64,000 nucleotides of DNA, taken from the IMG/VR virus record IMGVR_UViG_3300031998_000053, positions 1 through 64,000 of that record; one strand, 5' to 3'. The stretch is from a virus. Taxonomy: Duplodnaviria > Caudoviricetes. Shown here piece by piece: positions 56,978 through 64,000 of this stretch (within the stretch, counting starts at the first letter, position 1; each line of letters begins with the position of its first letter). The notes beneath the pieces are model-generated. The model was not told the DNA's origin. It made no database searches and saw nothing but the letters and a program-made list of their open reading frames with translations. The translations under genes were made by a program, and so were the position numbers.

Positions 56978-57376
56978 ATGGAAGCATTTGATTTTATCAA
57001 AAAAGAGTTGCCAGACGTATTACTGGCTAAATTGGATTTTGACGTAGTTCTTTCAAAGCGTCAAGTGGTCGAGAAAATCTCGGCATTGGAGCCTACTTTT
57101 GGAGGTATGGCCGTCCATTACGAAAACCATGGGCGTAGAGTAGAAATTATTTGGAGCAAGGCACTCCAGGAGAAATGGGCCGACCGCCTGAATGCCGGTC
57201 AAAAAGTGCGCTACATTCAAAAGAACAGTAAAGGACAGATTATGAAGTCTGAGTGCCGTGAGGGTGTTCTTTCTGAGTCTGGTGTCTTCTGGGTTGGCAC
57301 AGATCGTTGTGTGTATGCTGATTTTGGTGAAGGCTCTGAAGCCTACGATATTACTCATATAGAACCAGTTGGATAG
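56978..57376 (+). CDS. Hypothetical protein
   Basis: 132 aa ORF. Confidence 0.65.
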   Translation: MEAFDFIKKELPDVLLAKLDFDVVLSKRQVVEKISALEPTFGGMAVHYENHGRRVEIIWSKALQEKWADRLNAGQKVRYIQKNSKGQIMKSECREGVLSESGVFWVGTDRCVYADFGEGSEAYDITHIEPVG

Positions 57377-57378
57377 TT

Positions 57379-57702
57379 ATGCCCTACGGAGTCTGTAAAG
57401 TTTGTGGATGCACAGATAATGATCCGTGTCACAATCCGGCGCATGGTAATTGTTGGTGGGTGGATGATTCCCATGAGTTATGCAGCCATTGTGCTGATAA
57501 GACGATTGCGGATGATCCTGCAACTCAGCATTGCATCAACAGTAAGGGCTTTGATCCCTACCCTGGCATTGAGCGTAAAGACCTTGCATCCCTCGGCTGT
57601 CCTTTTCCTGATGATACTGGAGATATGTGTAGTGAATGCTCTCACATGAGTTTTTCCAGCGTGTTTACAGGAGAATGTGATTTAGGTATAAAAATTAGAT
57701 AA
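57379..57702 (+). CDS. Cys-rich protein (CKVCGCT..C..CWW..LCSHC)
   Basis: Metal-binding motif. Confidence 0.7.
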   Translation: MPYGVCKVCGCTDNDPCHNPAHGNCWWVDDSHELCSHCADKTIADDPATQHCINSKGFDPYPGIERKDLASLGCPFPDDTGDMCSECSHMSFSSVFTGECDLGIKIR

Positions 57703-57719
57703 TTAAAGAATATCAGGTA

Positions 57720-58535
57720 ATGAATAGATATATTTGTCGTGCAAAGGCTGTTGACGATGGCCGTTGGGTGGTAGGTGAGCCACATACCATGTGCTCAACT
57801 CCGCACATCCATGTTTCACCTCTGGAGTCTGTTAGGATAGATCCTAATACGCTTGGAAGGTTTACAGAATGGCGTGATAAGTACGGTAAGCCCATCTTTG
57901 AGGGTGATATCCTGTCACTGATACTTCCTGATGGTAGTGGCCGTTTGTTTATCGTAGAATGGCAACGTCAGATTAGACATCTGGAATCTTTGAAAGATTT
58001 TGAGCCAGACGGTAATCCCGTAGAGATTAGCGGATGGTGCTTCACTTGGGGTAAGCATCGACTATTGCCATCGTATATTGGTGAGGTGCCAGACTATAAA
58101 CGTATGGAGATCGTCGGCAATATCCATGATAACAGCGACATATTGACTGATGAAAACGAGGCTAAGATTACTGGTCAGCGGGAACTCATCGGTAATACTT
58201 GCTGTCTCTCAAACAAACCTGGTGTGCAGGTGTTCATGTATGATCTGAAGGATGATAATGGCAGTTGGCTGGCCCGTTGCATCCTTACTTCTGATGGTGT
58301 CTATATGTCCTACTCTGAATGGGGCAATTTCTTCCATTACTTCGCGGCTCCTGGTAAGGATGGTATTCGTAAGTTCATGGTTGATATCAGTGTCGGCTAC
58401 TTTGCTAACAAGCTCTGTGAGGTGGAATGGAATACGGCACCGACAAAGGTAGCTGCTGCTGCCAAGCGTCATGCAAAGTATGTCCTGCCGGTACTCCAGC
58501 AGGCTATTCGTGAACAGTTGGAACAGGAAGGGTGA
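57720..58535 (+). CDS. YopX-like protein with extra C-terminal domain
   Basis: TLGRFT..DKYGKPIFEGDIL...EIVGNIHDN. Confidence 0.75.
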   Translation: MNRYICRAKAVDDGRWVVGEPHTMCSTPHIHVSPLESVRIDPNTLGRFTEWRDKYGKPIFEGDILSLILPDGSGRLFIVEWQRQIRHLESLKDFEPDGNPVEISGWCFTWGKHRLLPSYIGEVPDYKRMEIVGNIHDNSDILTDENEAKITGQRELIGNTCCLSNKPGVQVFMYDLKDDNGSWLARCILTSDGVYMSYSEWGNFFHYFAAPGKDGIRKFMVDISVGYFANKLCEVEWNTAPTKVAAAAKRHAKYVLPVLQQAIREQLEQEG

Positions 58536-58795
58536 TTATGGCAGATTCAAAAAATATAATATGGTCAGCTCAGATCAATCTCTGTTTGCAGGAAATAAAG
58601 GTTCCTGAAGCATTGCTTTCTGCCACACTGAAACAGATGGCAGAGAAGATGGCCATGTTTGATAAGGATTCGGAAGAGTTTAAGGAACTTTCTTACTACG
58701 CCCAAATTCTTCATGGTGCTATTCAGTCTATGGAGGCAGCTTTGGATGTGGTGTCTGGACTATCCCTGTTGATGGCAAAAGATTTTAAGTTTTGA
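58532..58795 (+). CDS. Hypothetical protein
   Basis: ORF in operon. Confidence 0.6.
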   Translation: MIMADSKNIIWSAQINLCLQEIKVPEALLSATLKQMAEKMAMFDKDSEEFKELSYYAQILHGAIQSMEAALDVVSGLSLLMAKDFKF

Positions 58796-58796
58796 T

Positions 58797-59063
58797 ATGA
58801 CACAAATTAGTGACATCTGCTATATCTGCCTTATTTACGGCTACCTCTTGCCGATAATCATTCTGTTTGTCGATTTCCTTTGGCATGTCTGCTGTAAGGC
58901 GAAAAAGGGTGAGAGGCTTTATAGTGGTTATATGAAGAAACAGATGATGATGTTTATTCCCTGGTTTAACTACTTCTGGGCGTTATTTACTCTCCTTGAT
59001 TGGCTTGATGCCATTGGTCGTTTTTTACAAAAATATCTTCCAGGACTAAAAAATATAAACTGA
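58797..59063 (+). CDS. Small membrane protein
   Basis: Hydrophobic segments, IPWFN. Confidence 0.6.
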   Translation: MTQISDICYICLIYGYLLPIIILFVDFLWHVCCKAKKGERLYSGYMKKQMMMFIPWFNYFWALFTLLDWLDAIGRFLQKYLPGLKNIN

Positions 59064-59072
59064 ATTTTAATT

Positions 59073-59630
59073 ATGTCTGAGACTAAAAAACATTATCGTG
59101 TCTATATGGCTCTGGACCTCGTGACAGAGGATGAGGGCAGAACATTGGCCATGGTGAACGTCATGCGTATGTCGAATGAACCGGCACCATTGCCTATGAT
59201 GACACAGTTCATGGGTGGCATGTCAAACCTGGCTCCAAAGGTGATGGTGGTGCAGCAGCCTACGCATGGCAAAACAAACCAGCGTACAGGTGTTGATCCT
59301 GACCTTGATTGTGATGACTTTGAACGTGGGGAGCCTGAAGGCTATTGTGACGGCATGGGGCATTACCATTGTGATGAATGTAAGTGGCGTAGTCAGGAGT
59401 CCATTAACCAAAAGCACGAGGACTTCATGCGTCATCAGAACCATAAAAAGGAATGGCCGAAGATCAAAGCCATTGTTATTGATTCCGGCGAAGAGGTAAT
59501 GGTCGATGACCATGCTATTGATTTCTTTGGAACCAGTTATTATAACATGTGGCATAATACAGCGAATGGTACGACATACCATGACGATGAACTGGAATTT
59601 ATTGACGAAAGACTGCAAAAAACGACATGA
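59073..59630 (+). CDS. Hypothetical protein with C..CDGMGHY.C..C motif
   Basis: 185 aa ORF. Confidence 0.65.
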   Translation: MSETKKHYRVYMALDLVTEDEGRTLAMVNVMRMSNEPAPLPMMTQFMGGMSNLAPKVMVVQQPTHGKTNQRTGVDPDLDCDDFERGEPEGYCDGMGHYHCDECKWRSQESINQKHEDFMRHQNHKKEWPKIKAIVIDSGEEVMVDDHAIDFFGTSYYNMWHNTANGTTYHDDELEFIDERLQKTT

Positions 59631-59867
59631 CTATGAATCAGTATAATGTATCGGGGGGGGGTGAAATCGCCCTTCAGAGGGAATGGACTAAGCCGTACTG
59701 CAATGCTCTTTAAGATAGCAACATTGGCAGGTCATAAGTTGACTGTTCCCGAAATGAATAAATTTAAGAATGTCAATCCTCGCAGTCTTGAACGTGTATA
59801 TAACGAAGTAATCCGCATGGGTGATTCTGGTAATGCCATGTTTGCCCTGCGATTGATACTGAAATAA
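59627..59867 (+). CDS. Small protein with G9 tract (G8 restores frame from the coupled ATG at 59627)
   Basis: Tract 59653-59661; an alternative ATG at 59646 is in frame at G9. Confidence 0.55.
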
Positions 59868-59876
59868 AAAAACGAA

Positions 59877-60503
59877 ATGAAACGTAAACGTATATATATA
59901 TCTGGTCCTATCACTGGCACAACGGATTATAAAGAGCGTTTTGCTGCCGCTGCTGACTTTCTCCGTAAAGGTGGTTATAAACCCGTGAATCCTACGGCGA
60001 TGTTCGGATGGTTCCAGTTTATTTTTGAGAAGTTCCCCTATCGGCTTCAGGTGCTCATCGACTGTCTCGTGCTTTCTACTTGTAAGGGAATTTACTTGAT
60101 GAATAATTGGCGGTCATCGGCTGGGGCAACGCTTGAAAAAGCTGTGGCAGATTTCTTAATGTTGGAATTGAATACACAGACTTCTGTAAGATACCCAGGT
60201 TTGCAATCTCCTGTTTCCGTTTCTCCTTCTGAGGTTTTTAAGGGTGAGACGCTTCATGTTTTTATTGATGACTTCAGAATTTGGATGGGGATGGATGACG
60301 CATGGCATTTGCGCATAAATATGTGTGCGCATGAGGTGCGAGAAAACAATCCTGTTACTTTCGTTGTCCGTTGTGATGATTATCCTTATATTACTGATAT
60401 GTTGAAGCAAATAGCAAAGAAGCATGAGGGTGAAGGTTTCCTTCCATTTCGTGCAGAGATACGATACACTGGCTCTGATTATTACTTCTATACTGAACTA
60501 TGA
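59877..60503 (+). CDS. DUF4406-like (nucleoside deoxyribosyltransferase-like) protein
   Basis: IYISGPITG...VNP...WRSSAGATLE. Confidence 0.75.
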   Translation: MKRKRIYISGPITGTTDYKERFAAAADFLRKGGYKPVNPTAMFGWFQFIFEKFPYRLQVLIDCLVLSTCKGIYLMNNWRSSAGATLEKAVADFLMLELNTQTSVRYPGLQSPVSVSPSEVFKGETLHVFIDDFRIWMGMDDAWHLRINMCAHEVRENNPVTFVVRCDDYPYITDMLKQIAKKHEGEGFLPFRAEIRYTGSDYYFYTEL

Positions 60504-60688
60504 CAAAATATAGTAGCAAAGATATTCTTCGGCTTCATAAGAAGTCTGTTGACAAAGCCCTCCGTGATATCTATAACATACGGCCTACTGGTGATCCTAA
60601 CAAGGATTTCGACGGCTTTCATACTATCATCGAAAAAGATATAGCAGAAAATGAAAATCTCTATCCTACATCTGGTCCTGAAGTGTAA
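60500..60688 (+). CDS. Hypothetical protein
   Basis: 62 aa coupled ORF. Confidence 0.5.
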   Translation: MTKYSSKDILRLHKKSVDKALRDIYNIRPTGDPNKDFDGFHTIIEKDIAENENLYPTSGPEV

Positions 60689-60947
60689 GTGGTACGATAT
60701 GATAGCTGCTGGCATCAAGACAGAAGAGTATCGTGCCATGACTCCATATTGGAAGAAACGTCTCGCAAAACATTATACGCACGTTTGTTTCCATCGGGCC
60801 TATACATCTACGACTATATATGTAGAACTGAATGGTATCACTGAGGGTTATGGTAAACCTGAATGGGGTGCAAAGAATGAGGTTACACACATTTTGCACC
60901 TCGGTAAGCAGGAGCCTTGTATTTGGAAATATATCAATCATCAATAA
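60651..60947 (+). CDS. ASCH-domain protein
   Basis: LHLVLK.KWYDMIAAGIKTEEYR..YWKKRL. Confidence 0.75.
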   Translation: MKISILHLVLKCKWYDMIAAGIKTEEYRAMTPYWKKRLAKHYTHVCFHRAYTSTTIYVELNGITEGYGKPEWGAKNEVTHILHLGKQEPCIWKYINHQ

Positions 60948-60960
60948 AAACAAAAAAACT

Positions 60961-61860
60961 ATGGCAAAATTTCAAGATGTAATCGAATGTCTGAAAAAGG
61001 GTGGTTCTGCCCGTCGTATTTCGTGGACTGATAACCGCGAAATCATCCGTCAAATTCCGCAGTGTATATCAAAGGACATCGTGCCTAAGATGACCTCATT
61101 GCCTGCAAGTATCAAACCCAAAATCAGCACTGTTGGCTCTGGTGAAATATCGTACCATGACCAGGTAATCGTCATTACTTTTGTCGATGACGAAAAGACT
61201 CCTGCCAGTGCTACATACTTCATCCCCACATGGGAAGATATCTTTGCTGATGACTGGTCCTGCCTGACACCTGCCGATGAGCCTGAAACGGAAGAAAAAG
61301 CCCCTGTGCCTGAAGCGTCAGCTTCGGGTGAAGACCAGCAGCCGGTCATCGACACCTCTATTCCTGTCACCATGCGCATCAAGACTTACGAGGATGCCTT
61401 TAATGAGGTAAACATCCGTGCCATGCAGGGTGATAAGGTGGCCGAAAAACTCATAAAGGATTTGCAGTTCAATTCGCCTTACACAGATGATCTGCTGGCC
61501 TACATCAAACTCCGCATTATCACCTATGCCATCAATGAGGGCTGGGAACCTCAATTCGTCGTTGATGAGTATCGCTACTGGCCTTGGTTCTGGCTCTATA
61601 CACAGCAGGAGATAGATGCTATGAACGAAGCGGAGCGTTCTAAGCTGCTGTTCGTCGGGGGTGACGCGAGTGGCGGTGCGCAATGCGGTCTCGCTTCTGC
61701 GAGCTCGGTTGGCGCTTTCTCGCCCTCGACCTCGCTCGTCGGTGCTCGCCTGGCCTTCAAGTCTCGTGAACTTGCAGAGTATGCTGGTCGCCAGTTTATT
61801 GAGCTTTGGGCGGCTTTCTCATTCAAACCTGTTGTGAATGGCCATGGCAAAGGAAAATAA
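60961..61860 (+). CDS. DUF2829/Tad2-like domain fused to a domain with a DGR-type variable region
   Basis: FQDVIECLKKG..ARRISW...VPKMTSLP...PTWEDIFADDW; A-depleted VGG.A..GA.CGL...S..AFS.S...GARLAF. Confidence 0.65.
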   Translation: MAKFQDVIECLKKGGSARRISWTDNREIIRQIPQCISKDIVPKMTSLPASIKPKISTVGSGEISYHDQVIVITFVDDEKTPASATYFIPTWEDIFADDWSCLTPADEPETEEKAPVPEASASGEDQQPVIDTSIPVTMRIKTYEDAFNEVNIRAMQGDKVAEKLIKDLQFNSPYTDDLLAYIKLRIITYAINEGWEPQFVVDEYRYWPWFWLYTQQEIDAMNEAERSKLLFVGGDASGGAQCGLASASSVGAFSPSTSLVGARLAFKSRELAEYAGRQFIELWAAFSFKPVVNGHGKGK

Positions 61861-62104
61861 ACCGTCGCTTGATCCCAAGGGGATGTTGCTCTTGCAAATC
61901 ACTCAGCTGTTTCAGAAAAACAATATCGACCCGAATTTATCGGTGGAGGTGATGGCTGAAATGCTGATGCAGCTGTTTGTCGGAATGCAGGTGCTCACAA
62001 CGGAAGACATTAACCCGCAGGTCCAGGCTTTCTTTGACAGAATGAAAGCAAAGGCCGCAGAAGTGTTACCAAAAATAGTTGCAGAGAGAAACAAAGCATC
62101 GTAA
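61838..62104 (+). CDS. Hypothetical protein
   Basis: 88 aa ORF. Confidence 0.6.
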   Translation: MAMAKENKPSLDPKGMLLLQITQLFQKNNIDPNLSVEVMAEMLMQLFVGMQVLTTEDINPQVQAFFDRMKAKAAEVLPKIVAERNKAS

Positions 62105-62118
62105 TAAAATTATCTGTT

Positions 62119-62955
62119 ATGTTGAGAAAAGACTATATCAAAAAGAAGGTGGCCCCAAAGGAGGGCATCGGCATGTTCCTGGCAGAGCGTGTACTGAAGA
62201 CCTGGCATGAGGACTTCGTGGATCAGGATACTCAGGAAATAGTGAGCATAGAACGTAACGAAGTGCTCTATGACCGTGACAAGAAAGTGGATTCTAAGAT
62301 GGCAAAGGACATTGAAGAGTATGGCATCACTGAGATCTGCGTCACCAATACCCCTGGCCGTGCAGAGGAACTAAGAACTTTCTGCCGTCTCGGTCATGTA
62401 AAAGTGACGATGAAGGGTATCACAAAGACGGGTGTGGTCATTTGTCGTGCAGAGTCCATCCGTCAGGCTATGGACCTTGCAGCCGATTATACAGAGGGAG
62501 CCACCGAGGAAGTGTTTGGTGAGCATTGCAGCAACTTCCATATTACCGATGTGGAGATTCTTAATGACATTACCTTTATCGGACGCACAGCAGCCGACAT
62601 CAAGGCAGAACAGGAAGCATTGGAAAAGGATAAGGATGCACCCGTAAAGATGCCCTTTAAGGTGCTGGCCACCTATGCCCGTGCTGAAGAGTGGATTGAG
62701 AATACCAGCAACAAGGATGCTTGGGTCAAGAAACGTAAGTTTGTGGCATGGGCACATGACATCAAGGATGCGCGTAACATCGTTACGGCATGGATTAAGA
62801 AGGATGTTGATACAGAGGTAGGCGACAATAAGCGTGAGACGCTGGTCATCGTGGCCGCTACGCCATTCACCGTGCATACCTATCTGCCGGCATCCGTTTG
62901 TAATGAGTATATCGAACATCCAGAGCTTCGTCTATCTACCGAGGCTGAAGAGTAG
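62119..62955 (+). CDS. Protein with a segment resembling Bacteroidota RpoB
   Basis: LAERVLKTWHEDFVDQDTQEIVSIERNEVL. Confidence 0.65.
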   Translation: MLRKDYIKKKVAPKEGIGMFLAERVLKTWHEDFVDQDTQEIVSIERNEVLYDRDKKVDSKMAKDIEEYGITEICVTNTPGRAEELRTFCRLGHVKVTMKGITKTGVVICRAESIRQAMDLAADYTEGATEEVFGEHCSNFHITDVEILNDITFIGRTAADIKAEQEALEKDKDAPVKMPFKVLATYARAEEWIENTSNKDAWVKKRKFVAWAHDIKDARNIVTAWIKKDVDTEVGDNKRETLVIVAATPFTVHTYLPASVCNEYIEHPELRLSTEAEE

Positions 62956-62967
62956 TATCTTTGCACT

Positions 62968-63705
62968 ATGGCTAACATCTATTTACGCACGTCACGTTAT
63001 GTCGCCGCATTTATGCGAGCTACTGGTGATGGAAACTCGTTACCAATGACAACGCCCATTGAGTTTTCACCATATACTCCTGAGTATGTGGTGTTGACCA
63101 ATGGGCTGCGTATCATACCTGAGAAACAACAGCATCGTGCATCCTGTTACTCACAGTCTGCATGGCAGAACATGCTTCGTGGCCGTTTGCCGAATGGTGG
63201 TAAACCGATTATTGTCCGTGACCCGTCGGAGTATCTGACCTATGCAGAGGTTTGTACGCTGGAGGCATTGACCAATAAGACGAAGACAGATGCCTACGAG
63301 TTCCTGTGTATTGCTACCCCGCGAGAGATTTGCATTGATGGCCATGTGCAGCGTGTCTATAAGTCTCATACGCTCGATACCAGGGCCGCACAGCAGCTTC
63401 GGGAACTGTTGCGAAATACATTCATTCGTACTTTCCTCGATTTCTCTACCCGTAATAAGGTGTTTGCACAGTCCAACGGTATTCACCGTTCAAACATTGA
63501 GGTGCTGGAGCGTTTCCTCATGGCATACGATATTCCCGTGTCGCATGATAAGAATGAGCGTAGTACCCTGCGCCGACTCATACAACGATGGAAAAAGGAG
63601 GCTGAATATATGGCAAAGTCACCGGCCATTATCAATGATGAACTGGTGACGCGCATCGACAAACACGAAATATACGGTGGACTACCCAAATATGATGATG
63701 ATTAA
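62968..63705 (+). CDS. Hypothetical phage protein
   Basis: 245 aa ORF. Confidence 0.75.
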   Translation: MANIYLRTSRYVAAFMRATGDGNSLPMTTPIEFSPYTPEYVVLTNGLRIIPEKQQHRASCYSQSAWQNMLRGRLPNGGKPIIVRDPSEYLTYAEVCTLEALTNKTKTDAYEFLCIATPREICIDGHVQRVYKSHTLDTRAAQQLRELLRNTFIRTFLDFSTRNKVFAQSNGIHRSNIEVLERFLMAYDIPVSHDKNERSTLRRLIQRWKKEAEYMAKSPAIINDELVTRIDKHEIYGGLPKYDDD

Positions 63706-63893
63706 CGATGATAATTGACAATGAAAGTAAAGTATATAAAAAGTAGAAATCACTTGTTAAAATATGATAAATAATGAGGTATTTTCGCGTTTTTTATGGT
63801 CACAGCGTGTCCGTGTCTATTTCGTCACTTTCGCCAGTCCAGTGTGCTGTCATTATATGACAGCCCCTATAAATCAATAAAACCCAAAGAGAT

Positions 63894-64000
63894 ATGAATA
63901 ATCAAGAATGCAAAGAATTGATGCTCGATGCCATTATTCGCGTCGATGTCTATCTGGCGAGTCAGTGTAACATCCCACTGCCGCCATCTGTTTCGTTGGC
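63894..64000 (+). CDS. Partial ORF (MNNQECKELMLDAIIRVD...)
   Basis: Open to the window end. Confidence 0.5.
   Translation, partial: MNNQECKELMLDAIIRVDVYLASQCNIPLPPSVSL

Larger units (their letters stand above)
1..64000. mobile_element. Phage-plasmid (plasmid prophage) of a Bacteroidota host, partial
   Basis: ParA + Rep_3-like initiator + iterons co-occur with a tape measure protein and phage replication/nucleotide genes; Bacteroidetes promoters; no host housekeeping operons or integrase seen. Confidence 0.8.

Noticed and set aside
61645-61760. Complete DGR in this window
   Set aside because: No template repeat or reverse transcriptase was found here; only a candidate variable region is reported.
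62119-62955. RNA polymerase beta subunit gene
   Set aside because: Only a short segment resembles RpoB; the protein is 278 aa with no catalytic motifs.
1462-63689. Many antisense or nested ORFs in the track (e.g. 2867-3706, 39451-40125, 46405-47253, 55645-56373)
   Set aside because: They are shadows of longer motif-bearing genes and have no recognisable features.
1-64000. tRNA/rRNA genes, integrase or IS elements
   Set aside because: None recognised by eye; tRNAscan and HMM searches would be needed to exclude them formally.

Overview
Probably part of a Bacteroidota (Prevotella-like) phage-plasmid. It has Bacteroidetes TTTG/TAnnTTTG promoters and a ParA + Rep_3-type replicon with an iteron origin (12.8-16 kb). 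Phage replication genes (primase-helicase, SSB-like, beta clamp, dUTPase, ThyX), a tape measure protein and an early region (0.4-12.6 kb) of likely anti-defence genes are also present. No integrase, terminase, capsid or reverse transcriptase is visible. The main observation is at 42987-46056: a circularly permuted C5 cytosine methyltransferase core with no internal target-recognition region is flanked by nine small, mostly overlapping ORFs resembling stand-alone target-recognition domains (TRDs). They share a C-terminal 'ILIEYDL'-type tail, and six carry a poly-G tract that is in frame at 8 G (currently 2 ON, 4 OFF). I found 14 G/C runs of 7 nt or more, all inside genes and mostly in DNA-modification genes; 12 are in frame at length 8. 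This suggests combinatorial phase variation of the element's methylome; read-level checks must exclude homopolymer sequencing error. Other signals are a Tad2/DUF2829-like domain fused to a DGR-type variable region, C-terminal Ala-Ala tails on early proteins, and a mimic of a host RpoB segment. Family names come from motif recognition only; no searches were run.
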